A stretch of 47,946 nucleotides of DNA. Origin: a virus. Its lineage: Duplodnaviria > Caudoviricetes. The stretch spans positions 1-47,946 of IMG/VR virus record IMGVR_UViG_3300037424_001312; one strand, written 5' to 3'. The position numbers and the translations under genes were made by a program. Each line of letters starts with the position of its first letter. Position 1 is the first letter of the stretch. The notes beneath the pieces are model-generated. The model saw nothing but the letters and a program-made list of their open reading frames with translations, did not search any database and was not told the DNA's origin. Below, in pieces: positions 9,019-18,496 of the stretch.

Positions 9019-9728
9019 AGCCGGCCGTCGTCCCGGAGAGAATGCAGAACCTGGTCGACGGTCATCACGACCTGGTCGACGGCCTTGACGCCAAAGGCCT
9101 CTGGTGCCGACATGACCCAGTCTTTGTCGTCGATCCGCCGGAGGAACTCCTCTCGGCTGATGTTCAGCCGCCTAGACCAGAAGTAGCTCATGGAGATATT
9201 CAGGGTCCTGAGCCTTTCTGCATCCTTCATGTAGTCCTGTCGGGTCCCGCGGCCACTGGGCAGGACCTGTGCTGGCTCATGGACCGTGAGGGTCGACCTG
9301 GCGGTCATGAACCGAAGTTTGCAGCCCTGGAGCACGTAGAAGGCCATGCTGGCGGCCTTGCCGTCCACGATGCAGTAGACCGGCACCGGGCTCTCTTCGA
9401 CCATCTTCGTCATCAGGAATCCGCTCTGGACACTGCCACCGACGCTGTCTATCTCCAGGAGGATGAACTCCGGGGTAGGGGTCGAGACCTGGACCATGTA
9501 CATGGCTTCCGCCAGGTCCAGGGCCGACTTCATGTTGATGCCACCCACGAACCGCACATGGGCCGTGGGATGCTTGCCGGGCGCCAGCTCAACGGGAACC
9601 GCGGGCACAGCCGGCACTTTCTGGGCCGGCAGCGGGCCCAGGAGCTTACTGATGTCAACGGGTTTGTACTTGGGGGCCGCGCAACAGAAGCTCAGTAGAG
9701 CCGCGAGGATGAAGATGGGGATCCGCAT
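9015..9728 (-). CDS. ClpP-like serine protease with N-terminal signal or lipoprotein-like peptide
   Basis: IDSVGGSV, GKAASMA (Ser), TVHEP (His), DWVMSAPEA...VDQV (Asp). N-terminus MRIPIFILAALLSFCC. Late motif TAATCTC at 9746-9752. Confidence 0.8.
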   Translation of the reverse strand: MRIPIFILAALLSFCCAAPKYKPVDISKLLGPLPAQKVPAVPAVPVELAPGKHPTAHVRFVGGINMKSALDLAEAMYMVQVSTPTPEFILLEIDSVGGSVQSGFLMTKMVEESPVPVYCIVDGKAASMAFYVLQGCKLRFMTARSTLTVHEPAQVLPSGRGTRQDYMKDAERLRTLNISMSYFWSRRLNISREEFLRRIDDKDWVMSAPEAFGVKAVDQVVMTVDQVLHSLRDDGRL

Positions 9729-9795
9729 AATGACCTCTCCCCGATGAGATTAAGACCCCTGGACAGACCCCCAGAAGGTGTGGTAGGAGGTCGAC

Positions 9796-10158
9796 ATGCA
9801 ATACATTTTCCGCCTGGCTCCGGGCACATCCACTGACGCGGTGCCCGAGATTCGGGTCTTTGCCAGGAACCGGCAGGAGGCTCAGGTGCGGGTGACTCCG
9901 CTGATACCCATGGGGTCTAGGGTCTGGGCTGTGTTCGAGTACCCGGAGAACAGCTGCACCTTGTGCCATGGGCCCTTTCACCCCAGCCTTGGGCACTGGG
10001 AGAGCCTGACCAGGCATTGGTGCTGGGCCTGCACCAGGTCCATGGTGGCATTGCTGAAGGAGACCCAGAACCGGCGCTGTGGCGGTGTCAGGTTCTACGA
10101 CCACGCCTTCCCGCCACCGGCCGTGGACACCTCGGCGGAGGACCTGGCTTCCAGCTGA
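9796..10158 (+). CDS. Hypothetical protein with CxxC pairs
   Basis: AGGAGG SD and TGGACA -35-like box upstream. Contains CTLC...CWAC. Confidence 0.6.
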   Translation: MQYIFRLAPGTSTDAVPEIRVFARNRQEAQVRVTPLIPMGSRVWAVFEYPENSCTLCHGPFHPSLGHWESLTRHWCWACTRSMVALLKETQNRRCGGVRFYDHAFPPPAVDTSAEDLASS

Positions 10159-10213
10159 TCCAGGATGAACTGCCGGCAGGGATTCGCCTCTACCGGCAGT
10201 TCGCTGTACCTCT

Positions 10214-10468
10214 TCATGCGCCGTCCATCTGCACCAGGTACACGGAGCCCGTCTTGGTCTCAATGACGAAGCCGTCGTCGTCGGGGGCGAAGGTCATCTT
10301 CACCACCGGGGAGGTGGTCACCAGTCGGGTCGTGGCCGGGGCATCACGACCCTCGCCGATAAGGGTAAAGCTCTCACCTACTTGCGGTGCCATGACAGCC
10401 AGGCCGCTGACACTGTCGTCACGGAGCTTGGTGCCGCCACGGAGCCTGGTGATAGTCGCTGGGAACAT
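10214..10468 (-). CDS. Hypothetical protein (TTSPVV...ETKTGSVY)
   Basis: Coherent 84 aa ORF within a minus-strand operon. Confidence 0.6.
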   Translation of the reverse strand: MFPATITRLRGGTKLRDDSVSGLAVMAPQVGESFTLIGEGRDAPATTRLVTTSPVVKMTFAPDDDGFVIETKTGSVYLVQMDGA

Positions 10469-10469
10469 C

Positions 10470-10805
10470 TTAGACCCCCTTCTTCTTCGCGGTCTGAATT
10501 TTCTGGACCAACCTGTCGATGGAGGCCCGGTGTACCAGGCCCTTGATGGCCGCGTGGATCTCCCTTGTCGAATAGCCGTCCTTGTGCATGGACCAGATGA
10601 CCAACTTCCCTTCCTGGGTCAGCTTCTGACTCTTGACCCCGGAGCGCACAAAGGTTTCCAGCTCTGCGTCGCTAAAGACGGGGATGTTCGGTGGCAGCTG
10701 GACCTCCTCCGGGGAGACGACGGCCTCCCCCTTGGACAGGAGGCCTCTCTTGAAGAGCTGCATCAGCTGACGATTGGAAACATCCAGGATAACGACTCGC
10801 GGCAT
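10470..10805 (-). CDS. Hypothetical protein, possible C-terminal HTH
   Basis: GGAGG SD. Contains HKDGYSTREIHAAIKGLVHRASIDRLV. Confidence 0.55.
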   Translation of the reverse strand: MPRVVILDVSNRQLMQLFKRGLLSKGEAVVSPEEVQLPPNIPVFSDAELETFVRSGVKSQKLTQEGKLVIWSMHKDGYSTREIHAAIKGLVHRASIDRLVQKIQTAKKKGV

Positions 10806-10827
10806 TGGGACCTCCGTGGGTTAGCTG

Positions 10828-11349
10828 CTACTCATCATATAACGTGAACTCCTTCTGGAGGAAGTCCACGGGAATTTCCAGGGCATCCATGAAGACGGTA
10901 ACAGAGCATAATCCCGCCAGGCGCCAGCTGCGGTCCAGGGAGAAGTACGGCCCGAAGGCGTCGTCATAGCCATAGTAGTACCGGTAGCTGTCTCTGCCGC
11001 CCTGGATCCGGGTCCCGGTCTGCACGGTGCGAAGGTATTCGACTCGGTATTTCTTCCCTAGGAGGTCGGGGTCAGGGTCCAGGATCAGGCCCCGGCGACG
11101 ACCCCCGAAGCCATCTGTGTAGCCGAGCCCGTAGGCTAGCTCCCGGCGGATCTTATCGAGCTTGGCGACCGGGAGCCTTTCGCTTCCCAGGTGCAGCTGG
11201 AGCAGCTTCCCGAAGATGGAGTCGACCTGCCCCAGGTAGTCGTCGGGCTTCTTGGGGTAGCCGGCATGGAGGACTCGGAGCGGGCTCACCACCGTCACGA
11301 GGTCCCCCTCGCGAATGCGGTCATCTGGTAGACGGCGGTATCGACTCAA
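10828..11349 (-). CDS. Hypothetical protein
   Basis: 173 aa ORF, AAGGAG SD before TTG start. Confidence 0.6.
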   Translation of the reverse strand: MSRYRRLPDDRIREGDLVTVVSPLRVLHAGYPKKPDDYLGQVDSIFGKLLQLHLGSERLPVAKLDKIRRELAYGLGYTDGFGGRRRGLILDPDPDLLGKKYRVEYLRTVQTGTRIQGGRDSYRYYYGYDDAFGPYFSLDRSWRLAGLCSVTVFMDALEIPVDFLQKEFTLYDE

Positions 11350-11359
11350 GGCGCTCCTT

Positions 11360-11599
11360 TCAGCGGCTCGTCCGCGAAGGACTAGGGCGATTGCCGGGCC
11401 AGCGTTCGATGTTCTCCAGGGTGCGCCGCATTTCGCTGGGGCAAGCCCGGAAGCCGGGCACCTTCTCGCCGGTGAAGTTTACACGAGCCACCACTCGCGC
11501 CCGCTGATGCTCAGGGTACATGTCGCAGAACTCACACCTGCCAGGCGAGTGTAGAACCCTCGGGTCACAGTGAGGGTACTTGGGGACATCGGTATTCAT
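11360..11599 (-). CDS. Hypothetical protein (MNTDVPKYPHCDPRVLHSPGRCEFCD...)
   Basis: Start reassigned to ATG 11599 after AAGGA SD, downstream of rtcB. Confidence 0.6.
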   Translation of the reverse strand: MNTDVPKYPHCDPRVLHSPGRCEFCDMYPEHQRARVVARVNFTGEKVPGFRACPSEMRRTLENIERWPGNRPSPSRTSR

Positions 11600-11625
11600 G
11601 TCTTGGTCCTTTCGATTAGCGCATA

Positions 11626-12924
11626 TTAGCCCTTGACCACCAAAACCTGCTTGAGGGTGTGGCGGATACGGACCAGGTCCTGCTGGGCCTCCATGACCTG
11701 ATCGATGTCTTTGTAGGCGGCCGGCGTCTCGTCGATGACATCTTCGTCCTTCCGGCACTCGATGCCCTCGGTGGCGGCCTCGTGGTCAGCGACCGTGTAG
11801 CGGCGCCGGGCCTCAGCACGGGACATGCGGCGACCCGCCCCGTGGGAGCAGCTGTTCAGGGCCTCCTGGTTGCCTAGGCCCTCGACGATGTAGCTGCGGG
11901 CACCCATCGAGCCGGGGATGATACCCAGGTCGCCGACGCGGGCCCGGACAGCACCCTTGCGGGTCACCCAGACGTTCTGGCCCCTGAAGTTCTCGCGGGC
12001 AATGTAGTTGTGATGGCAATTGATGGCGGACTCACCGGCGACGGGGGCGGAGTACTTACCCGGGAACTCCTTCTCCAGGACGTCACCGACCTGCATCATC
12101 ATCAGGTCTCGGTTATGGAAGGCATACGTCTGCGCCCATTCCACGGCGTTAACGTAGTCCTGGAAGTTCTCCGAACCCTCGGGCAGATAGGCCAGGTCGG
12201 CATCCGGGAGGTTGATGAAGTACCGGCGCATGTCCTCCTTGGCTTTCTCGATGAAGTAGGTGCCGATCTTGTTGCCGATGCCACGGCTGCCACTGTGGAG
12301 CACGACCCAGACGTTGGGGTCCGAATCGCAGTGGCAGGGTCCGCAGGGCTGATTGTCTCTGTCGAAACCCCTATTCGGGCACTTGCCCTCATCCAGGCAG
12401 ACCTCGATGAAGTGGTTGCCGGTGCCCAAAGTGCAGAGCTGCTGCTCGATTTTCCCGGGTCCGTTCCGGAACATCATCTTCGGGTGCTTGTCACGAAGCG
12501 GCCGGAGATTCAGGCACATACTGTAGGCGCTGGCCTTGACACGAGCCGGGGCATCGCCCCAGGCCCCGCGATCGTTGGCGCCGCCGTTGTCCGTGCGCCC
12601 GTGGGGCACGGCCTGCTCGATGGCGGCCCGGAGCCGACCCAGGTTGTCCGGGAGGTCACTGGCCTTCAGGCCGGTTTTCAGGGCCATCATGCCACAGCCG
12701 ATATCGACACCCACCGCGGCCGGGATGATGGCGCCGCGGGTAGGGATGACCGAGCCGACCGTCGCGCCCTTGCCGGCGTGGACGTCGGGCATGATGGCGA
12801 TGTGCGGATACACGAACGGCATGCGGGCAATGTTGTGGACCTGCTCCTGGGCAGCGGCCTCGAACTCGACACCATCCACCCAGGCCTTGATGACGGCTCC
12901 ACCTTCAGGCTTCCAGATCTTCAC
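11626..12924 (-). CDS. rtcB: RtcB 3'-phosphate/5'-OH RNA ligase
   Basis: MPDVHAGKG, VGVDIGCGM, TLGTGNHFIE, LHSGSRG, CHHNY, RKGA, IPGSMG, SCSHGAGR, DETPAAYKDID. Confidence 0.95.
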   Translation of the reverse strand: MKIWKPEGGAVIKAWVDGVEFEAAAQEQVHNIARMPFVYPHIAIMPDVHAGKGATVGSVIPTRGAIIPAAVGVDIGCGMMALKTGLKASDLPDNLGRLRAAIEQAVPHGRTDNGGANDRGAWGDAPARVKASAYSMCLNLRPLRDKHPKMMFRNGPGKIEQQLCTLGTGNHFIEVCLDEGKCPNRGFDRDNQPCGPCHCDSDPNVWVVLHSGSRGIGNKIGTYFIEKAKEDMRRYFINLPDADLAYLPEGSENFQDYVNAVEWAQTYAFHNRDLMMMQVGDVLEKEFPGKYSAPVAGESAINCHHNYIARENFRGQNVWVTRKGAVRARVGDLGIIPGSMGARSYIVEGLGNQEALNSCSHGAGRRMSRAEARRRYTVADHEAATEGIECRKDEDVIDETPAAYKDIDQVMEAQQDLVRIRHTLKQVLVVKG

Positions 12925-13046
12925 GGGTTCATCTCCTTAAACAGCTGGGCGCCGTCAATGATAGCACGGCCGATGACGCCAGTCCAGATGGGCATGCAAA
13001 CAGCTAGAATCCCCAGTACGCAGAATCTACCTCCAGGGCCTAAGCC

Positions 13047-14186
13047 TCACCGCTTCCACCCTGGAACAAGTGCTTCGATGGAATTGAACCCGATAGGACG
13101 CCGCCCCGGTACCGGTGCTACCCAGCCGGCATCCTTGGCCATGATGTAGAGGTCGGCTACTGTGTAAGCCTTGTTGGTCACCGGCAGCTCCTTACCGGTC
13201 AGGCGCCGGTAGATGGCGGCGGCGAGGTCGCCGTGCAGGGGCCCAATGTGGACTTTCTGGCTCAGGCGCCCGGGCCGGATGACGGCTGTATCTAGCTCCT
13301 CATCCTGGAGGTTGGTGGTGCAGATGAGCCGGATGTCCAGCATGGAGCCGATAATCCCGTCCCCGAGGTTCAACAGGGTCGACACTGAGCCCGTGTTTCC
13401 GGCGTCCCTCCTGGCCAGACAGCTATCTGCGTCCTCGACCACGAACACTGTCGGGACCTCGTGATTCTTCTGGTTCCGGATATCGATAAGACTCCCGATG
13501 ACGTTGGGGTCCGCGAGGCTACCCACGAGGTCCACAGGCACGAAGATGAAGATAGCGTCCGGGACGTCATTGAGGAAGCCCCGGATTATAAAAGTCTTGC
13601 CGGTGCCCGGAGGGCCGTCGATAACCGCCAGCCGGCCCGTGGGGTCATTGGACCTCAGGTCGGCGACGATGGAGTCGTAGGCCTTGAGGACCGGGGGGCT
13701 GTAGTTGCCCCGCTCCAGGGGTGTGCTCGCCACGCCCAGGCTCCGGGTCTCGAAGCCGACCTGGGTCTGAACCAGCACGTAAGCCCTCCCCCTGGACACC
13801 TTGGGTGGCGCGAAGTCCCGGGCCAGGCCCCCGATACAGTCGAAGACAGCTTTATTGGCAGTAGTACAGCTCAGGCTCGCGGACTCCTTATCCCGATGGC
13901 AGTGTACGAAGGAGTCCTCGCGGACGTAGTCCCTGGACTCTGAGCCCCCGACAGACCAGGGAGCCCAGCTCATAATCAACCGGAAGCCCAGCTCCTCGGT
14001 GAGGAGATGGTCCAGCTCATCCATGTCGAATTCGGGGTTGGGGCTGCCACTCAGGAGCTGGCGGTGGACGGTACCAGAACCTCGTTTGAGGATGTCCTCG
14101 ACCAGCGCCTGATGTGCCCAGTCCTGGTCGGGGAGGTCGCCGCCGGCACCCAGGGCCTTCGTGGCCTTGTCAGTCCACCAGCTCAC
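13047..14186 (-). CDS. AAA+ ATPase
   Basis: Walker A GPPGTGKT, Walker B VFVVEDAD, LLNLGDG, CTTN...LDTAVIRPGRL. Confidence 0.85.
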   Translation of the reverse strand: MSWWTDKATKALGAGGDLPDQDWAHQALVEDILKRGSGTVHRQLLSGSPNPEFDMDELDHLLTEELGFRLIMSWAPWSVGGSESRDYVREDSFVHCHRDKESASLSCTTANKAVFDCIGGLARDFAPPKVSRGRAYVLVQTQVGFETRSLGVASTPLERGNYSPPVLKAYDSIVADLRSNDPTGRLAVIDGPPGTGKTFIIRGFLNDVPDAIFIFVPVDLVGSLADPNVIGSLIDIRNQKNHEVPTVFVVEDADSCLARRDAGNTGSVSTLLNLGDGIIGSMLDIRLICTTNLQDEELDTAVIRPGRLSQKVHIGPLHGDLAAAIYRRLTGKELPVTNKAYTVADLYIMAKDAGWVAPVPGRRPIGFNSIEALVPGWKR

Positions 14187-14482
14187 CGGGGCCTCCGGTA
14201 GAGAGGGTGTGGTACCATAGCCACTGCGGCCCGGAGGTCCTCCAGGATGGGGATTGCAAGAAGCAATTCAGTCCAACCCTCCCTGGTGATCTCCAGGAGT
14301 TTAGTCACGAGGTCACAGCGGAGGAAGCCCCGTTGCTCCAGAGTCTTGATATCGGCCATGGCCGTGCTCTGGCCGTACTTGACACTGCTGTAGAGACCGG
14401 CAGCGCGCCGGGCCAACATGGCCCGGTCCACAGGCTTGCCGGCGTTGGCCAGGACAACGACTTCACTGAAGCTGAGGTTCAT
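14183..14482 (-). CDS. Hypothetical protein, winged-helix-like
   Basis: ...TLEQRGFL...EITREG pattern, translationally coupled on both sides. Confidence 0.5.
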   Translation of the reverse strand: MNLSFSEVVVLANAGKPVDRAMLARRAAGLYSSVKYGQSTAMADIKTLEQRGFLRCDLVTKLLEITREGWTELLLAIPILEDLRAAVAMVPHPLYRRPR

Positions 14483-14763
14483 CGCCGTCTCCGGGACTCG
14501 ACCACATAGGTCTGCTTCTTGAAGCCGGGGTCGTCTCTGTAGACGATTACCCTGTCGCCGGGCTCGACGCCCTTCTGCTTCTGGGCGAGCCCGAGCTTGA
14601 TGAGTTGATTCTCACAGTCCAGGTCCTCGGCGCTGAAGTCATAGCCCTTGCTCTGGTCCCAGAGCCATTCCGCAAACTCCTCGCGGTCCTCGCCAGGGGG
14701 CAGCCACTTGGCGATGTACTCGAAGATGCTACCGAAGATTCCCGCACTGGTTTGATCGCTCAT
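14479..14763 (-). CDS. Hypothetical protein (MSDQTSAGIFGS...)
   Basis: Start reassigned to ATG 14763, just after the TAGCCGTTATAGG motif. Confidence 0.6.
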   Translation of the reverse strand: MSDQTSAGIFGSIFEYIAKWLPPGEDREEFAEWLWDQSKGYDFSAEDLDCENQLIKLGLAQKQKGVEPGDRVIVYRDDPGFKKQTYVVESRRRR

Positions 14764-14779
14764 GGTATTCCTATAACGG

Positions 14780-16012
14780 CTAGCAGCCGTGGCCCATGCT
14801 GGAGCCGCCACTGAGGCCCACCAGCCGCTGGCACAGTTCGTCCAGGGCGTCTCGGTCCGGGGTTTCCGGAACCGCGGTGCTAGTTGTGTAGAGGTCATCC
14901 AGGCGCTTGTTCTTGGCTTCCGCGTACTCGATCAGCCGTTCATATTCCCAGGCACCGTCACGGATAGCCAGGAGTTCCTCGGCGTCAGGCCTCTTAACGA
15001 TGACGCCCTGGCCGGTGAGAATTTCCTCGCCCATACGGAGCAGTCGCACCAGGTGCATACCGTGCTTGGTGTCGTAGCCGTATCTGCGCTCCTGCTCTGA
15101 CCGGGCGGGGTTCCGGTTAACCAGCCACTGCTGGTACTGGCGCCACTCTTCCTGGCGACCCCGGAACAGGCGCTCCTTGTCCAGCAGCTCCAGGAAATTG
15201 GAGTCCATACCCAGAGCCTGGCCGGCGGCATGTTCCAGGTTCAGGGTCTCAATGCGTGTGACGTCATCGAGCGCATTCCTGTAGCCATCTATGTATTCAG
15301 CGGGCATGAAGGGGAGCCGGCTCTTGACAGCCAGACAGCGCTTCAGCTCGTTGACCGCACGGGTGCGATGAACGATATCAATCTCCGCCAGGGCCTCAGT
15401 GAAGCGCTCCCGGACGGCGATTTTCGCCGCCTCGTCCAGTTCATCAACTGGCACGTCCCAGGCTTGGACCTTCTTTCTGATGAGGTCCCGGGCAGCCGCC
15501 AGCTGGTCCTGGGGAATGACGGTGCGCTCCGGGAGCCCGAACTCCCAGCGGGTCGGTGGCACTGCCGGCGGATTCGTCAACCACCGGTAGTGGCTGCCCA
15601 TCCTCTTCAGCTGGGAAGTCGCGTAGCCGCTGAAGGTGTGCTTGGCCTTCTTGCTGATGAAGAGATTTCGCCTCTCCAGAAGGGCGTCGCTGAGCGGGGT
15701 CCGGATGACGTGGTCTCCGGGGTCCGTGAACAGGACCTCGATGATGCTGGGATTGCAGTCTGCGGCCAGCTTGAAGAACTTGGTGATGTTGTAAATCACC
15801 ACGTCTTGGCCGTCAACCTGGTGTTTGAACTCGGCCTGCTCGAAGACGTTCAGGTAACCAGTGAAGTACTTCGGGGGCGGGATAGCCAGGCCCTTGAAGT
15901 CTTCGTCGGACGTCGGCGTATTCGTGCCGTAGGCGTGGCTGCCGTGCCGGGTCAGAAAGATGGTCCGGTCGCGGAGCCAGTCCAGGTTGGACTTAGGGAA
16001 CGTGAAGCTCAC
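14780..16012 (-). CDS. Pol-beta-family nucleotidyltransferase (RlaP/YcgL/T4 NrdC.11-like)
   Basis: HGSHAYGTNTPTSDEDFKG (GS...DxD), CNPSIIEVLF, C-terminal YDTKHGMHLVRLL...LLAIRDG. Confidence 0.85.
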   Translation of the reverse strand: MSFTFPKSNLDWLRDRTIFLTRHGSHAYGTNTPTSDEDFKGLAIPPPKYFTGYLNVFEQAEFKHQVDGQDVVIYNITKFFKLAADCNPSIIEVLFTDPGDHVIRTPLSDALLERRNLFISKKAKHTFSGYATSQLKRMGSHYRWLTNPPAVPPTRWEFGLPERTVIPQDQLAAARDLIRKKVQAWDVPVDELDEAAKIAVRERFTEALAEIDIVHRTRAVNELKRCLAVKSRLPFMPAEYIDGYRNALDDVTRIETLNLEHAAGQALGMDSNFLELLDKERLFRGRQEEWRQYQQWLVNRNPARSEQERRYGYDTKHGMHLVRLLRMGEEILTGQGVIVKRPDAEELLAIRDGAWEYERLIEYAEAKNKRLDDLYTTSTAVPETPDRDALDELCQRLVGLSGGSSMGHGC

Positions 16013-16034
16013 TTGGCTTTCCCTCCCGGCCTTT

Positions 16035-16253
16035 TCATGACCGTGCCCCCGTCGCCATCAGGGTGGCCACCCGGCCGTCCCGGAAGTGGATGGTGTCCCA
16101 GGGCTGGCTGCTGGTCTGCTTGAGGACCCAGTCGAGAACGATGGCCTCCGGGGTATCCACCCGGATGTCGCCGCAGTTCGTCTCCTGGCCCCGGGTCTCG
16201 TAGCGAACCGTCAGGGTCCGTTTTCCTTTGGGGTTGATAAGCCATCGTGCCAT
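16035..16253 (-). CDS. Hypothetical protein
   Basis: 72 aa ORF with AGGAAG SD. Confidence 0.5.
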   Translation of the reverse strand: MARWLINPKGKRTLTVRYETRGQETNCGDIRVDTPEAIVLDWVLKQTSSQPWDTIHFRDGRVATLMATGARS

Positions 16254-16290
16254 GACGTCTTCCTATCAGGTCCAGGGTTGGGTGTCAACT

Positions 16291-16503
16291 TCAGGGGATC
16301 GGTTTCGGTGTCCGGGTCTGCTCGACGCAGACGAAGTAGGCGCTCTTCGTGGACAGCAAGCCTCCACCAAACTCGGCCTTCGCTACCTTGCCGGCGGCCT
16401 GGCACTCGTCCTTGGTAGGGAAGCCAGGCACGGAGACCGTAGAGAGAGCGACACCATCAGAGACGTTGAGGCTCACGTAGAGAATCAGAACCCAGGTGGT
16501 CAT
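16291..16503 (-). CDS. Small protein with hydrophobic N-terminus (FPTKDECQAAG...FVC)
   Basis: GAGG SD. N-terminus WVLILYVSL. Confidence 0.6.
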   Translation of the reverse strand: MTTWVLILYVSLNVSDGVALSTVSVPGFPTKDECQAAGKVAKAEFGGGLLSTKSAYFVCVEQTRTPKPIP

Positions 16504-16549
16504 TCGACGACCTCTCGCTTCAGGACGTCAAGCATGTCACGGTCCATGT

Positions 16550-17296
16550 TCAGGCCCCCAGGGCGGCCCGGGTTCGGCCACCGAGCACGATACCCTCGCC
16601 AGCCTTGCGGCCGGCCTCCCGGGCGGCACCGTTGTAGTTGAAGTTGTCGTTCGCGCTACGGAAGGTCTTCCGGCAGCTGAAGGTCTTCCGGTAGGAATCC
16701 TCGGTCTCCGTGAGCCGGGCCTCCATACGGGCCAGGGCGGTGTCGACACGAACCAGGGCCGTGCAGTCGCTGCCGGCCTTCTCCAAGGCCTCCCGGCGGA
16801 AGGTCTCCCGGGTCTGGCGACGCTGCTCCTTGAGCTTGGCCGTGATAGCGTCCACGGCTCCCAGGCGAAAGTTGTTCTTCCAGGTCCGGCCCTCACCGCG
16901 GGTGTTCGCTGCCGTCAGGCGCTCGATTTCGTTCACCAGGTACGCGAACATGTACCGGCAGGTCTCGGCGTCGCTGGGCCGGCCCATGAGCTTCATGGCG
17001 CCGCCGCCGGCCCAGTAGGCCACGCAGTCGTTGGCACGGCTGACCTGGAGGCCCAGGCGCCCAACCCAGGTGGACTTCTGGGGACGGGCACACAGCGGGT
17101 CCTGGAAGGTCTGCACAGGCTCCGCGGGCCGACTCTGGTCTCCCTCCATCATGGCCAGCTCGACGACGGCAATGTCCAGCTTGTTGCGGTCGATGAGGGA
17201 CTGGGCCATGGCGGCAGCCGCGGCAGCCTCGTGGACGTTGTCGGACTTCGAGAGCTTGAGGAGCTTGGCCACTCGGTCGATGATGCGGTCTGACAT
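16550..17296 (-). CDS. DUF2786-like domain protein
   Basis: N-terminal RIIDRVAKLLKLSKSDNVHEAAAAAAMAQSLI. C-terminal NNFRLGAV...AREAGRKAG. Confidence 0.75.
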   Translation of the reverse strand: MSDRIIDRVAKLLKLSKSDNVHEAAAAAAMAQSLIDRNKLDIAVVELAMMEGDQSRPAEPVQTFQDPLCARPQKSTWVGRLGLQVSRANDCVAYWAGGGAMKLMGRPSDAETCRYMFAYLVNEIERLTAANTRGEGRTWKNNFRLGAVDAITAKLKEQRRQTRETFRREALEKAGSDCTALVRVDTALARMEARLTETEDSYRKTFSCRKTFRSANDNFNYNGAAREAGRKAGEGIVLGGRTRAALGA

Positions 17297-17334
17297 GGTG
17301 CCTCCGGGTTAGAGTTGACGACCTTGTACCAGGT

Positions 17335-17622
17335 TCAGGGACCGGTGTCTAGTACTTCTTTCTTTTCTTCTGCTGGGGCGCGAACCTGACCAGATCCCCG
17401 AAGGTCGGCAGCATGGGCTCTTCGTCGGCCGACCAGTCGGGGTGGACCTCCATGAAGGAAGGCCTGGAAGCGACGATCCTCCTTGTGGGTTCGGAGCGCT
17501 TCGGCGTGCTTCATCGCCGCCTCCAGGCGCTTGACCTGATTCTTTACACGCCGGCTCGGAGGCAGCTCCTGGAGAATCTTCAACAGAGCCTCGGCGCTCA
17601 GGGAGTCGATCTTTACGTTCAC
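17335..17622 (-). CDS. Hypothetical protein
   Basis: GGAGG SD, GTG start coupled to the upstream stop. Confidence 0.5.
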   Translation of the reverse strand: MNVKIDSLSAEALLKILQELPPSRRVKNQVKRLEAAMKHAEALRTHKEDRRFQAFLHGGPPRLVGRRRAHAADLRGSGQVRAPAEEKKEVLDTGP

Positions 17623-17900
17623 AGCACCTCCCGGTGCACAAGCTGCTTCGGCCGCTTCCCCCGCCGCTTCCGTGTTGCTATCACTTTCGCCAGCGCCATC
17701 TTCGCCGCCCGTGCGACATACTGCATTTCTTCATAGGTCAACTCTGGCTCGGGTGGATCCATCCCCATGTCGGCAGACACGCGCCCATAGAGAACGTTCC
17801 GGTCTGGGTCGCCCATCGGGTACTTCGACCTGTCGGAGTACTTTGCCAGTGTCCGGTTGTAGCCGACGACGATAAGGAACTGGTTGAACGGAATGGACAT
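17619..17900 (-). CDS. Hypothetical protein
   Basis: GGAGAGG SD, coherent ORF. Confidence 0.55.
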   Translation of the reverse strand: MSIPFNQFLIVVGYNRTLAKYSDRSKYPMGDPDRNVLYGRVSADMGMDPPEPELTYEEMQYVARAAKMALAKVIATRKRRGKRPKQLVHREVL

Positions 17901-17921
17901 CACGGCCTCTCCCTTCCGCCT

Positions 17922-18119
17922 TCACACGGGCCTCGGCACTCGACGAGCCTCTGCTTTTATCAGGTCGGCCACACTGCGTCGCTTTTCTTCACGCATCAGT
18001 TGCTCGGCGACGTCGAAGAAATTGGTGATGACCTCAGCAGACAGTCCCATAGTGCAGTTCGCGTTGGGGTCCATGAAGAAAGCAGCAGCCAACCGCGCAA
18101 CGATTTCAAGTCTGGTCAT
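17922..18119 (-). CDS. Hypothetical protein
   Basis: AAGGAAG SD, 65 aa. Confidence 0.5.
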   Translation of the reverse strand: MTRLEIVARLAAAFFMDPNANCTMGLSAEVITNFFDVAEQLMREEKRRSVADLIKAEARRVPRPV

Positions 18120-18205
18120 GGGGCATCTTCCTTGTCAAACCGGTTAGAGGGAACAGCGCGGATGATGATAGGTGGTGAGCCACTGCTGGCGCACAAAAGC
18201 CAGGC

Positions 18206-18445
18206 TCACAGCAGACCCCGGCGAACGAGCCGGCGCTTCTTCTTGTCCTTGTTCTTCTCCCGGATCTCCTGCTGGATGACCTTGTAGATGATCATCTCCG
18301 CGATGCCCCCGAGGGTCATCTCGTAGGTCTTCCGGCGCCGGAGAGGCCGCACAGTCACGATGTCCGTAGACCGGTCAATGGTGACGGTGGCGGCACTGGC
18401 GCCGTTGAAGCGACCGTAGATCTTGAAGCGGGCAAGACGAGCCAT
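18206..18445 (-). CDS. Basic hypothetical early protein
   Basis: GGAGG SD, directly downstream of the TTGACA-17-TACGAT promoter. Confidence 0.6.
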   Translation of the reverse strand: MARLARFKIYGRFNGASAATVTIDRSTDIVTVRPLRRRKTYEMTLGGIAEMIIYKVIQQEIREKNKDKKKRRLVRRGLL

Positions 18446-18467
18446 GTACACCTCCAGGGTTCAGGGC

Positions 18468-18496
18468 CATCGTACCAAAACCCCGACCGGTTGTCA
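18468..18496 (-). promoter_or_regulatory. Sigma70-like early promoter
   Basis: TTGACA-ACCGGTCGGGGTTTTGG-TACGAT on the minus strand. Confidence 0.7.

Noticed and set aside
9015-9728. ClpP-like gene as the prohead protease cutting the K-(A/S) motifs
   Set aside because: The signal peptide and isolated position argue against it; the head protease probably lies outside the window. Not fully excluded.
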